From IMG/VR virus record IMGVR_UViG_3300006931_000029, positions 124,001-188,000 of that record: DNA of 64,000 bases; one strand, 5' to 3'. Position 1 is the stretch's first letter. Each line of letters starts with the position of its first letter. This document shows, piece by piece, positions 17,683 through 27,268 of the stretch. The position numbers and the translations under genes were made by a program. The notes under the pieces were generated by a model. That model ran no database searches, had not been told where the DNA came from, and saw only the letters and a program-made list of their open reading frames with translations.

Positions 17683-20219
17683 GAGCTGAGGTCACGGTTC
17701 CAGGTGTATTGGAAATTGACGGTGAGGTAGTTCAACTTGATCTTCGTCTGAGCCTCGTCGAAAACGAACACGTAGCCGTTGTACTTCGAAGCGTTGATGC
17801 GGTTGATGACCTGCGTGTCCGGGTCCATGCCGCCGATGCCGATGGTGCGCCAATTTGTACCGTTCGCCATGTTCGTCTGGAACGTGGCTTGCTTGATGCG
17901 CGTGAATCCACCGGGAGTGTACGACTGCAGCGTGAGAGGAAGTTCGACGTGACGGGCGGTCGATCGATCGACAGACGTTCCGATGGTAGCAGGAGCGTCG
18001 GTTGCTTCTGAGATGAACGCAGATGCCCCAGTGACGTCTTGAATACCACCACCGATCAGGAACGCTGGGTCGCTTTGCGTGACGTCCACAACCGGCGTTG
18101 ATGCCGTTGCGCTGTTCAGCACGTCGACCAACCAGTTGACGACCTGCGTCGTCGACGTTTCGATCTTGATCGTGATTGGGATCGTGAGCGTTGGTCCAGC
18201 TCCGATAGCATTGCCATTGAAGTAGACAATGTTCGAGGTCGTGGCAACGGTTGAATCGCTCTCAACGAATGAGAATTTTCCAGCGCCCGGAAAGCTGCTC
18301 GAACTGTATGTGACAACAGACAGTTCCGTCGTGTCTCGATAGACGTGAATCTCGGTTTTAACACGACCGCCTGTTCCGCGATCGCCAACAACAGGAGCTG
18401 TACCTTCGCGCCGCATCGCCGGCCGAGGATTCGTCAACACGACGAAGTAGGTCGGCAACGCTGGATTTTGACGGATAGCGTAGATCGTGTAGAACGCAAC
18501 AGCGCCTCGAGTCGTGTCTGGATCGGACCCGTTGAGAACCACCCGGTAGCGTCCATTTCCGCTGAACAAGGTGGGATCACTCAGGTCGAAGATGTCTGTT
18601 GGAAGGACGGTGAATGTCGACGCCGTTGCGCCTTCGATTGCCTCCCACTCGTCTCCAACCTCATTGAATTTCTCCCACTGATATGTCGGCGTGACGTAAT
18701 TCTGCTGGACTGCCGTGAGCAGAATGGACACCGGGTTGGACGAGGTCGGCGTGAAGTCGGTCTTCCAGTTGTCCCACGGAGATTCGCCGATGTATGGGAT
18801 GGCGTTTGGAAATTGAGTTTGAGGATCGACGCCGTTCCAACCAGGAGTTAGTCCACCTTGGCGCTGAACTTGTGCCGACGGCGGTGCAACCAACGGCTGC
18901 ATCATGTCGATCGCATTCTCGATCTCACCAAACCACTGACCGGTCGATCCGTTGCCGGACCTGAAATAGAGAGTCGGGATTCCGCTGATCGTTGAGATTG
19001 GGGCGGCTGGTGAACACGTGACTTGGCGCGAGTTAGTGAACGCCGTGATGCGCGTGTATTGCGTCGAGATTTTGATGACCGAGCCAATGTCGGCGGCGGT
19101 GAACACGTATTCGCCTGTCTGAGCGCTGCCCGAATATGATAGCTCACCAGCCGTAGTCAAATTCATGTTCGCACCGACGCTGACCGCAGGTGGAATGTAG
19201 CTTCCGGTCGTGGCAACGGCAAGCTTTGCCGGAAGATTGCGGGGGTTCGTGAACGGATTTCTATCCGCTCGAGCGTAGAGTTTGATCGGCGAACCGGCTC
19301 CATTGCCCCAACGGTTGACATAACCGAATTGAGGCCCGAGGTAATTCGAACCAGGAGCATACGGCTCGTTGCACAATTGGCTCCGGTCGTACGGCCGAGC
19401 GAGACCGTTGACGTCGACCACACAGAGACCGTAGAGTTGGATTTGCTCCGTGCCGGTCGTGGTCGTTGCAGGCAGAACTGGCCAACCGGTCACCGTCGGA
19501 GACTTTCCATTCGGCGTAGCCGGAGACAGCTTGATGGACAGTTGGTAGGAAACCTGCAACCATTGTCCAGGAGATAGGAAGATGATGTCAGGAAGCACCA
19601 CCCGGCTGAACAGCGTGGTCGCCTTTGGAGAATCTTTGAAACCCAACTCAGCGATTTGAACCGGACTCGACTCGAGATAGAAGTCGAAGGTCCTGAACAT
19701 CGTCACTGTGTCACCATCAATTTCGGTACCGCACATGCCGTCACCGACCTGGTACCGCATGTTCATCGAGTATGGCGTGACGAGCGCCGTCTGATCGACG
19801 TTGTAGACATCGAACGCAGCCGAAGAAACCGTCTGAGAAACATCGACCGTTACTGTGGTCGTGTTGGTGTAGGCGGTGACTCTCGCAGACTTGTTGGTGC
19901 CGGGCCAGTAGATGAGCTTTCCGACTATGGAAGGAGAGAAAGAGTAAGAGCCAGCAGTGATGGAAACGGTCGTTGTTGCTTGAGACGCATTCGACGCCGT
20001 GGTGACTTTGGTAGGCGTCGTTCCTGTTCCCGCTACGCAAAACTGAAAGGCCTGCGCCCACGGCATGAAGGCGATCTTGTCCAGACCTGAGTCCAAAATC
20101 AAGTTGGGTAACCATTTGTCGTGCTGAAAGTCCACGGACCCGTCGGCATTCATCACGCGGCACTTGTACCGGCCGCGAGCCGACGTAACAAACTCTTTGT
20201 GAAAGACGGAGGCGGGCAT
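17679..20219 (-). CDS. large tail/baseplate-associated structural protein
   Basis: Probable start MPASVF at 20219; Thr/Ser-rich beta protein with internal repeat (FSPSIVGKLI..ARVTAYTNTTTVT / FTAADIGSVI..TRITAFTNSRQVT). Confidence 0.7.
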   Translation of the reverse strand: MPASVFHKEFVTSARGRYKCRVMNADGSVDFQHDKWLPNLILDSGLDKIAFMPWAQAFQFCVAGTGTTPTKVTTASNASQATTTVSITAGSYSFSPSIVGKLIYWPGTNKSARVTAYTNTTTVTVDVSQTVSSAAFDVYNVDQTALVTPYSMNMRYQVGDGMCGTEIDGDTVTMFRTFDFYLESSPVQIAELGFKDSPKATTLFSRVVLPDIIFLSPGQWLQVSYQLSIKLSPATPNGKSPTVTGWPVLPATTTTGTEQIQLYGLCVVDVNGLARPYDRSQLCNEPYAPGSNYLGPQFGYVNRWGNGAGSPIKLYARADRNPFTNPRNLPAKLAVATTGSYIPPAVSVGANMNLTTAGELSYSGSAQTGEYVFTAADIGSVIKISTQYTRITAFTNSRQVTCSPAAPISTISGIPTLYFRSGNGSTGQWFGEIENAIDMMQPLVAPPSAQVQRQGGLTPGWNGVDPQTQFPNAIPYIGESPWDNWKTDFTPTSSNPVSILLTAVQQNYVTPTYQWEKFNEVGDEWEAIEGATASTFTVLPTDIFDLSDPTLFSGNGRYRVVLNGSDPDTTRGAVAFYTIYAIRQNPALPTYFVVLTNPRPAMRREGTAPVVGDRGTGGRVKTEIHVYRDTTELSVVTYSSSSFPGAGKFSFVESDSTVATTSNIVYFNGNAIGAGPTLTIPITIKIETSTTQVVNWLVDVLNSATASTPVVDVTQSDPAFLIGGGIQDVTGASAFISEATDAPATIGTSVDRSTARHVELPLTLQSYTPGGFTRIKQATFQTNMANGTNWRTIGIGGMDPDTQVINRINASKYNGYVFVFDEAQTKIKLNYLTVNFQYTWNRDLSS

Positions 20220-20343
20220 GTTGCCCCTAAATACGCAGGTCAAGCAGAGTGTAGTTAGCGTCATGGGCACCATCCACGAAACCAATCGTCGTCGCGCATC
20301 GGCTCTGGCAAGCCAAATGTGACCTAGCGCTTTACCCGCCGCC

Positions 20344-20724
20344 ATGCAACCACCCGATCAAGAAGAACGGCTGAACGCTCCGCCACCTTACCGGCCGAGC
20401 ATCGATAGGATTTTCCTTGACAAACTAAGCGAGTCCGATCGCTACCTGGTCACGAAACTGGATTCCGTGGACCAGCGTATTGAGTGGTTAATCGTGGTCG
20501 CTCTCTCGAGCCACAACCGAGGCATCGACCTAGCGTCTTCTGTCAGAAAGTTAGAGGAACGTGTCGCCAGATTGGAACAGGCGAACGACCCAGAAGACAA
20601 AAGTATGCTCAAGTGGATTCGAGAGAATGTCATGGCTCCTGCTAAGATGGTCGGTTGGTTGATCGCCACCGGGATTGGAGCCCTGATCGTTGTTCTTCTA
20701 GAAAAATACTTTGGCAGCAAGTGA
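20344..20724 (+). CDS. coiled-coil protein with C-terminal TM (holin/XhlA-like)
   Basis: VRKLEERVARLEQ coiled coil; MVGWLIATGIGALIVVLL TM helix. Confidence 0.6.
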   Translation: MQPPDQEERLNAPPPYRPSIDRIFLDKLSESDRYLVTKLDSVDQRIEWLIVVALSSHNRGIDLASSVRKLEERVARLEQANDPEDKSMLKWIRENVMAPAKMVGWLIATGIGALIVVLLEKYFGSK

Positions 20725-21149
20725 ATTCACTCACCGACTACGTCAATCGGCTTCTCCGTCCTTCCAGAATCCTACTGGTTGAGGACGACGAAGCAGTTTG
20801 CGCTGTCATAGAGTCGCTAGCCAAGAAGTTCAACTGCGAGATGATGACCGTCCATACGGCGAAGGACGCGCTGAGAGAATCTCTCGAAACCAAGTACGAT
20901 CTCGTCCTGCTCGATTACCAGTTGCCGGACGGCAACGGTGTTGAAGTGTTTAAGACAATCCGGGCCAAGTCATGTGACGTGCCGGTTTGTATCGTGACAG
21001 GCTTTCTATCCGAACACCTGATCGATCAAGTGAAGGATATTGGATTCGCAGTCTTCGTGCAGAAGCCGAAGGACTTGACGATGAAGAATCTGATCAACAT
21101 CTTCATGACGTTCGGCATCAAGCCGAACCCGGCTGCAGAAGCCGGATGA
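20721..21149 (+). CDS. stand-alone response-regulator receiver domain
   Basis: GTG start overlapping the upstream TGA; ILLVEDD, YDLVLLDYQLPDGNG, CIVTG, QKP. Confidence 0.92.
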   Translation: MNSLTDYVNRLLRPSRILLVEDDEAVCAVIESLAKKFNCEMMTVHTAKDALRESLETKYDLVLLDYQLPDGNGVEVFKTIRAKSCDVPVCIVTGFLSEHLIDQVKDIGFAVFVQKPKDLTMKNLINIFMTFGIKPNPAAEAG

Positions 21150-21526
21150 ACCTAGCCGAACATGTCGTAGATGTTTTGCTTGAAGCCGTGCCGTCGTCAC
21201 TTCGAGTGAACCTAAGGTTTGCGCTTGATGGCCACGACGACGAGTTGGTTCTGCCCGGACTTGTGTCTGTTGAGAGCGCTCCGAAAAATACCTACGGTGG
21301 AGCATGGCGTTTGACGGTCTTCGACGCAAAGAAAACCATGGGTTTACTCCACATCAACTTCGAGTTGGATGGACAACCAACTCTAGAGAAGGTTCAACAG
21401 GTGCTTGGGCCAGACCATGACGCGTACGAATACTTGCTCGGAGACATCAACGATTGGCTCGAATCGTCTTCCGGAGAATTTGCCACTGACTTCTCCGTGG
21501 AAGGCGTGTCCGCCCCACCCGCTTGA
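21146..21526 (+). CDS. acidic protein with N-terminal VVDVLLE tag
   Basis: ATGA-coupled start MNLAEHVVDVLLEA. Confidence 0.7.
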   Translation: MNLAEHVVDVLLEAVPSSLRVNLRFALDGHDDELVLPGLVSVESAPKNTYGGAWRLTVFDAKKTMGLLHINFELDGQPTLEKVQQVLGPDHDAYEYLLGDINDWLESSSGEFATDFSVEGVSAPPA

Positions 21527-21530
21527 CCAA

Positions 21531-21878
21531 TCAGGTGGGACCCCTTTGAGGGTCAAGTCTCGAGGTGCTTACTCATAAGTGTCAGCGCGGAGAATCGAAA
21601 AAGAAAACGGTGGACGCGAGGGAGGAGTTCGGGTTTGCTAGTTGTTTCCTAAGCTGGGCAGGACCGCTTCACTGTCCCGTTCAACGCCTTGCGGCGAAGA
21701 CCCATGTTGCTTTTTCCATCCCCACAGAACCGCTGCTCAAGCCCCTAAAGCGGGGCTCTCATAACGATTGCCGAACTACCAGAGCAGTCTCCGTCGAGAC
21801 GGGAAGCAGTAGTTCATTGGCTCAGCAAAAAGGCTGACTCCGTCGAGTCAACACTCTCGGCCACCGGAAAAACGCCCC
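21531..21878 (-). ncRNA. candidate structured non-coding RNA (unrecognised)
   Basis: About 350-nt gap between convergent genes, with many hairpins and a long-range closing helix; GCAA tetraloop reads on the minus strand. Confidence 0.55.
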
Positions 21879-21887
21879 ATTAGGCTT

Positions 21888-22403
21888 CTACGACCTCTCA
21901 GCCGCTTCCGCAGAACCAGGCGTTTGTTCAAGAGAACGCTGTTCAGAATCGCCAGATTTCAACGTCAGGTTTGTTCCCCTGAGAGCAGCAATGCCGGACT
22001 CCCGGGCCAAATCTTGCAGCGTAAACAGGTAATTCTTCGCCAATTCGTAAGGGTCTGCGCTCATGAATCCGTACATCGGCGAGTACGACCGCCGATCCGA
22101 GTACAGCTCAAGGGAGAAGGCGAGACCGTTGTGGTAGCTGCCGAGCGAGTCAGATTGTCCACGAGCAAACACCCTGACGTTGCGAGCGTCGTAAACGAAC
22201 GACTCGATTCTTGCGTCGTTGTCCCTGATGATAACGCCGTCTCCTCTCACGAAGATGGCAATTCCTTTGCCCATTTCACCGCAGGAAAAACCCATCTTGC
22301 GAAGGATTTTCAGCGTAACCCACCAAACACTGGACGTGTCATCGGCAGGTTCCTTTGGTGCCAGTGCAAGCAATGAATTTCTGTTTACGAGTTCCAATTC
22401 CAT
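21888..22403 (-). CDS. hypothetical protein
   Basis: 171 aa; GTTCT 10 nt upstream. Confidence 0.65.
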   Translation of the reverse strand: MELELVNRNSLLALAPKEPADDTSSVWWVTLKILRKMGFSCGEMGKGIAIFVRGDGVIIRDNDARIESFVYDARNVRVFARGQSDSLGSYHNGLAFSLELYSDRRSYSPMYGFMSADPYELAKNYLFTLQDLARESGIAALRGTNLTLKSGDSEQRSLEQTPGSAEAAERS

Positions 22404-22419
22404 ACGTAAGGTGAGAACA

Positions 22420-22824
22420 ATGAAGCCTGCGAATCTAGTGGATCAAATGCTGGAGACCGACAGTGAGCCTGCGCGTGAGCCAACTCCTAGTTTGACGGTT
22501 CCAGACGCTGGCATGTCTCGGTATCCGAAGGATGAAGAGGCCACTCGCAACGCTGTCGAGAAAGTCGGGGATGGACAACAGCCGGATGAATTTTTCGTGT
22601 CGATCGGCGACGAGTTCTACGAGGACGAACCTGAACAATCCGGCGAGAGCTACAGCATCGGCCAGTTTGCCGATCCGAAGGAAGCCGAGAAGATGTTCAA
22701 CAACGTCGAGCTGAACGGCGCAGAAGGACCGCGCTGGGTTTCAGTCGAGAATCGTCTCAAAGGCCTGATCAAGCAACGCTACCTGAAGAAGGTGGTGAGC
22801 TATCAGGAGGAGACACGGGACTAG
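22420..22824 (+). CDS. acidic protein with N-terminal PANLVDQMLE tag
   Basis: ATG 22420; ends TAG TAG. Confidence 0.7.
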   Translation: MKPANLVDQMLETDSEPAREPTPSLTVPDAGMSRYPKDEEATRNAVEKVGDGQQPDEFFVSIGDEFYEDEPEQSGESYSIGQFADPKEAEKMFNNVELNGAEGPRWVSVENRLKGLIKQRYLKKVVSYQEETRD

Positions 22825-23089
22825 TAGGAGCAGTGCCGGACGAGAACTGAGTCGGGTGTTCCTGATCGGCGCCGTCGTAGTTGGCGCTGACCAATTCGCG
22901 CAGCGAGAAGGCAACGAACGGGCCTTTGAACTGACGAAGGTCTTCTCTCGATTGAACTAGTTCGGCTTGCTTGGCAGTCAAGACGAGAATCCGTTTACCA
23001 GATCGAAACTCTTCGACAAACGCAGCGGCACGCTCAGGTTTGAACGCCGTTGCGCCTGACTCACCGAGTAACTGCTTGATGAGCGTCAT
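22769..23089 (-). CDS. tagged small protein (LIKQLLGE)
   Basis: ATGA-coupled. Confidence 0.65.
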   Translation of the reverse strand: MTLIKQLLGESGATAFKPERAAAFVEEFRSGKRILVLTAKQAELVQSREDLRQFKGPFVAFSLRELVSANYDGADQEHPTQFSSGTAPTSPVSPPDSSPPSSGSVA

Positions 23090-23373
23090 AGCACGATCCA
23101 GTCTACTCCTAATCTTTCCATCGTGTCTAAGAGTTTGGAGGCTTCGGCTGAGAATTCAGCGACGTCGACTTCAACCATCTGCAGCGTGCCGACTTCGATG
23201 GTAGCGCCATCGTCGACGTTGAGATAATCTCTCAAGCCGCGCGACAGACCGACATCTTGAGCTTTGATTGCTTTGTAGATTTTCGGGCCGTTGCTGCCTG
23301 GATTTCCAACTTGAGCGGCATCGACAGGCGCTTCGCTCAACATCTGATCCACGATTGTCTTGGCGTTGTTCAT
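23086..23373 (-). CDS. tagged small protein (IVDQMLSE)
   Basis: ATGA-coupled. Confidence 0.7.
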   Translation of the reverse strand: MNNAKTIVDQMLSEAPVDAAQVGNPGSNGPKIYKAIKAQDVGLSRGLRDYLNVDDGATIEVGTLQMVEVDVAEFSAEASKLLDTMERLGVDWIVL

Positions 23374-23654
23374 GAGAATCCGGTTACGTCTGTGATGACC
23401 TTGGCAAATTCAGGACGCGCGCAAACTTTTGCCGCGGCATTTTTCAATGCCTGAGCGAGGTTGAATCGGTCGCTGGTCTCAGCGTTGGGCGTCATCACGA
23501 TGTCGATACCTTCGAGTTCAGTACCGTCAAGGCTGATGCTAACAGTCATGATGCGACCGCGTCGTGAAAGCTGGCGCGAGCGTCGGCCCTTATTGGCATC
23601 GCCCTCGGGTCCTTCTTCGTTGAGAAGCTTGTTAACTGTGTCAGAAGGTTTCAT
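23370..23654 (-). CDS. tagged small protein (PSDTVNKLLNE)
   Basis: Probable start MKPSDT at 23654, overlapping the upstream TGA. Confidence 0.7.
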   Translation of the reverse strand: MKPSDTVNKLLNEEGPEGDANKGRRSRQLSRRGRIMTVSISLDGTELEGIDIVMTPNAETSDRFNLAQALKNAAAKVCARPEFAKVITDVTGFS

Positions 23655-24169
23655 GGGTGTCCCGGCCTTGGCGGCCAAACTGGTTGAGCTTTCTGTTGTT
23701 GCAGCGGAGTTCTGCCTTCTCCGTATCCTAGCATGAAGCAAGCGAGCCGAGCGTACCGTCTTGCTTCTTCCGGGTTCTTGACTAAGTCGTTGGCTTTATC
23801 GATGCAGAGTGTCCAACACTCCTCCTTCATGCGAGCGTCGTACTCGGGCGAGTCTGGGTCTAAGTCTTCTGGTGCTACGTCGCCGAGGTATTGTTCGACC
23901 TCGTCCTTGATTCTTTTGACGATTGGATTTTCTCCACGCTCGGTGATCGAATCTTCGCTCAGCAGTTGCTCAACCACGCCGCTTGGCGTGAGGTCAGGAA
24001 GTACTTTGAAGAAGTCGAAATCAGAGCCGTCTTTTCCGTCAGAAACAGGTAGCTCAACGATTTCGCCGGGCTTCACGTCGCGAGGATGGCATTCACGCTC
24101 GCCTTCCCTAGTCTTGACCACAACGTGGTCATAACGGTCAAGAAGGTCTTTGTGCCGGATCATCCGCAT
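23651..24169 (-). CDS. acidic protein with internal PSGVVEQLLSE tag
   Basis: 172 aa; TGTTTACA 34 nt upstream. Confidence 0.7.
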   Translation of the reverse strand: MRMIRHKDLLDRYDHVVVKTREGERECHPRDVKPGEIVELPVSDGKDGSDFDFFKVLPDLTPSGVVEQLLSEDSITERGENPIVKRIKDEVEQYLGDVAPEDLDPDSPEYDARMKEECWTLCIDKANDLVKNPEEARRYARLACFMLGYGEGRTPLQQQKAQPVWPPRPGHP

Positions 24170-24224
24170 AGTTTACCTACAGACTAACAGAACACGGCAT
24201 TTTGTAAACAGATTCTTCCCAGCA

Positions 24225-24692
24225 ATGGAAAATGTAGCCCAGTCCGAGGAGTGGAAACGACTAGGGCTATCACTAGAAGCGTTTCAGGGAACCAATGTCC
24301 ATGATTCGGCCACGTGGACCATCAAGGTGCGGCGATCTGGAGTTTCCAATGGTCTGATTCAGTTTACTATCCGGACGCGTCTGGACTATGGTCAACTAGA
24401 CCCGTATGATGCTTTCCTAGGCTTGTGCGAGACGTTCGCCGGTCTTCCAGGAGATTATTACAGTTGGATCAGTCTCGCCGGCCTGCCTGACACCGAGTCG
24501 TACCGCTACCGCTTTCAGGAACTCCAACGCCAAAAACAAGGAACGATCGATGTCCTCGGCCCAGATGTTATTTCGAGAATTGCCAATTTACGTCCCACCG
24601 GGGAACAGAAGCGTGTTCTACCGGCCGGTCCAGCAAGCTTACGGGCGGTCAACCTACATCCAAATCCCGGAATGCCGATGCAAACCCCATGA
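24225..24692 (+). CDS. hypothetical protein
   Basis: Probable start MENVAQ at 24225. Confidence 0.55.
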   Translation: MENVAQSEEWKRLGLSLEAFQGTNVHDSATWTIKVRRSGVSNGLIQFTIRTRLDYGQLDPYDAFLGLCETFAGLPGDYYSWISLAGLPDTESYRYRFQELQRQKQGTIDVLGPDVISRIANLRPTGEQKRVLPAGPASLRAVNLHPNPGMPMQTP

Positions 24693-25189
24693 GCGACGAG
24701 GTCCCGAGGGAGGAGTCTGTGCCTGCACCGGAGCCATCCCCAGAATCGACCCCAAAACCGGCTGGAAAACTTAGGGCGGTCAATGGCGGAGTTGGAATGC
24801 CCGGAGCTGTGCTGCTCGATCTTTTCGGCAGCTACGTTTGGGACGCCTTCGGTGACCTTCCATACCACGTCGGGTCATCGCTAGAAATTGAGAAAGGAAC
24901 CACTGAGTGGGCTGGAGCGCGTCTGAACAAAAACCAATGGAGAGACGTTGATGTTCGATTGATCATGAGCGACGAAGAGTGGGAGAAGCAAGGATTCGGC
25001 GACCCAAGGGACACGCATCGAAACGCCAAGTGGGTTGCTATCACGCTGGCATGGACGGCTTTTGGCCGCCAACTTACGGGATTGCCCATTGATTTTCAGA
25101 TTCAACAACAGACCGAAGCGAATAAGGAAGAAGGCCTCCGGTCGGCAATCGGCCTCGTTCCTCATCGTTTCAAAAAATACACACAATGA
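24689..25189 (+). CDS. putative minimal nucleotidyltransferase (Pol-beta fold)
   Basis: YHVGSS...RDVDVRL...PIDFQI matches hG[GS]-x-DhDh-x-D. Confidence 0.6.
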   Translation: MSDEVPREESVPAPEPSPESTPKPAGKLRAVNGGVGMPGAVLLDLFGSYVWDAFGDLPYHVGSSLEIEKGTTEWAGARLNKNQWRDVDVRLIMSDEEWEKQGFGDPRDTHRNAKWVAITLAWTAFGRQLTGLPIDFQIQQQTEANKEEGLRSAIGLVPHRFKKYTQ

Positions 25190-25536
25190 ACAAAGTCCTT
25201 ACCTCGAAAGACATCAAGTCAACGTCTCCCATTCTGTCGTGCAGCGCAGCGGTCTTCAAGCTCGGCGGCCGAGATTTTTCAGCCCGGTCGTCGGCGTTCG
25301 AATCGATGTATGAGGTCGAGAAGTTCGTGAACGAACACGCCGGTTTTCTGGTGATCTTCGACCAGCCGAATCTCTTCGTGCCTGACGTTCCAACAAGCGA
25401 TCGTGACAAGGTTGTCCTCCGCTATGTGATCTTGCCGAACTTCCACGACTTGATCAGCAGAATGTATCAAGCCACGATAGACGTCGGACTTGCCGGCGAT
25501 CTGAGAAAAGACCTCGACACTTATTTTGGAAAGTGA
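25186..25536 (+). CDS. hypothetical protein
   Basis: ATGA-coupled, 116 aa. Confidence 0.6.
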   Translation: MNKVLTSKDIKSTSPILSCSAAVFKLGGRDFSARSSAFESMYEVEKFVNEHAGFLVIFDQPNLFVPDVPTSDRDKVVLRYVILPNFHDLISRMYQATIDVGLAGDLRKDLDTYFGK

Positions 25537-25823
25537 GTCCGTATCAGAAAGCTATTGCCGCCGTCGTTCTCAACACGGCATTTTCCGTTGAGGAGCAGGA
25601 CTACTATTGCGGCCAGCGAAATAGCGGCTGCAAGTGTCCGGTCGCTTTAGCCATCCGCCGGACTTTGGACACAAGTTCAACCGTGTCAGTCTGTGCTGCC
25701 ACAATCCGAATCGACTCCGTTTGGTTTGTGACACCGAAGGAGGTCGACGCCTACATTAAGGCGTACGACAGACGAGAACCGAATTGTTTTCTGCTCGATT
25801 TCAGAATCAAAGAAGTGGCTTAA
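25533..25823 (+). CDS. hypothetical protein
   Basis: GTGA-coupled; CKCPVALAI motif. Confidence 0.6.
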   Translation: MSPYQKAIAAVVLNTAFSVEEQDYYCGQRNSGCKCPVALAIRRTLDTSSTVSVCAATIRIDSVWFVTPKEVDAYIKAYDRREPNCFLLDFRIKEVA

Positions 25824-26515
25824 GCGTTCGCCCAGTCGAGGACGATCTTGGCCGCGGTCAAGAGACTCTCAGGTGGAATCTTCAAAGGATCGGCGTCGGC
25901 AAATTGGCCGAACGTGTCTTGCAGCTCGTCAGGAAGATTGATGGTGCCGCCGGTTTCATCGGTCATGCTGGCTCCCCAGAAACCGTCTGCCGTGCCGATG
26001 TCGAGAGTACCTAGCTTGTTCGGGCAGCTCAGGTAGCCGGGATATTCGTAGGAACACTTGACGCCATTCTCATTAAAGAATCTCTCACACTCGAGACCGA
26101 GCTGTTGAAGCGCGTTGTTCTCGTCTTCACTGAGAAGGGTTTCGACCACGTCGGATGGCGCGATAGTTTCACCTGTTGCGCGGTCGATGTCGAGTGTCCG
26201 CATGTTGCCGGACAACTTCAGCGTCTTGCGTTCAGGAGCTGGAGCCGATAGTAAATCCCAAATCTCGTTGGCATCGGTATTGATTGAACCGTCGACTTCA
26301 TCCCGAGAAGCGTCAAGATGCTGTAGCAGACCTTTCATCAACCGTTGGCGCTCGGATTGAACTCCACGATCAAAATTCAGATGAGACAAGATGGCGTTCG
26401 CAAGGCGCCCAATCTCGACTTCCATTCCACTTTCTTGATCGCGAGTGCGGCCACCGAGTTCGTTGTAGTCACGAATCTCCTTGTTGACCCACATCCTGTC
26501 GATCTTGCCGGCCAT
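25820..26515 (-). CDS. two-domain acidic protein with internal PSDVVETLLSE tag
   Basis: 231 aa in operon. Confidence 0.7.
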   Translation of the reverse strand: MAGKIDRMWVNKEIRDYNELGGRTRDQESGMEVEIGRLANAILSHLNFDRGVQSERQRLMKGLLQHLDASRDEVDGSINTDANEIWDLLSAPAPERKTLKLSGNMRTLDIDRATGETIAPSDVVETLLSEDENNALQQLGLECERFFNENGVKCSYEYPGYLSCPNKLGTLDIGTADGFWGASMTDETGGTINLPDELQDTFGQFADADPLKIPPESLLTAAKIVLDWANA

Positions 26516-26517
26516 CG

Positions 26518-26832
26518 TTAAGGAAGTTTGGCGATGAAGTCGGCAACGTCCCTGACAGGGATGAAATCGTTGCCGTACTCAAAGTCGGGCGCAACGGCCT
26601 TCACGAACTCAAACGTTCCGTCAGGATTGGCCATGACGTGGCAACTGATCTCTTCGCCGGTTTTGAGTTTGATTCCGATCTCGGCGACTTGCTCCGGTCC
26701 CATTACGTCGATGTGGGTAATGTCGCCAACACCAGTTCTGGCAAACGCGCCACGGAGTTCAGCAGTGAACGCCTCGATAGCGTCAGCTTCGCTCAGCATG
26801 TTTTCAACCATCTGCAGGGGCGTGATTTTCAT
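26518..26832 (-). CDS. tagged acidic protein (PLQMVENMLSE)
   Basis: ATGA-coupled. Confidence 0.7.
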   Translation of the reverse strand: MKITPLQMVENMLSEADAIEAFTAELRGAFARTGVGDITHIDVMGPEQVAEIGIKLKTGEEISCHVMANPDGTFEFVKAVAPDFEYGNDFIPVRDVADFIAKLP

Positions 26833-27194
26833 TCTTCGATGAGACGGCTAACAACTTGCCTTGGAGTGGATTCTCGGCGTAAAGGACGGCTAGGGCGACT
26901 GAAGTTCGTGAAAAATTTTCCGGCACTCCGGTCGGCTTTTGCTTGTTGGATCGCCGACTGGATTTCCTCAACTCCAGCCGTTTCTTTATCCACAAAGAAG
27001 GTCAAGCTGTCAACGAAGTGCCGACCGGCAGTCGAGTCCAGATATTCCTTCGCCTTCAGCGGATCGCCACCGAGGACGTCGATCAGGTAGTTGTAGATGC
27101 CGAGCACCTGAGCGCGGGAGACGTTGCCCCAATTGGCAAGCGTGCCGTAAAATCCCCAGTCGGTGTTGATGTCGTCGGCGGTGAACTGTGCCAT
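26829..27194 (-). CDS. protein with C-terminal PRQVVSRLIEE tag
   Basis: 121 aa downstream of the TGTTTACA at 27256. Confidence 0.7.
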   Translation of the reverse strand: MAQFTADDINTDWGFYGTLANWGNVSRAQVLGIYNYLIDVLGGDPLKAKEYLDSTAGRHFVDSLTFFVDKETAGVEEIQSAIQQAKADRSAGKFFTNFSRPSRPLRRESTPRQVVSRLIEE

Positions 27195-27268
27195 GTGATA
27201 AATATGAGCTCAGGTCTTGAGGCTCGTGACCCATACAACACAACCCAGCTGAGTTTGTAAACAAAAAT

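Noticed and set aside
21565-21837. 90-aa ORF, and tmRNA or RNase P identity for this region
   Set aside because: The ORF looks random. There is no TTCRANY T-loop, G3.U70 acceptor or GAGGAAAGUCC core.
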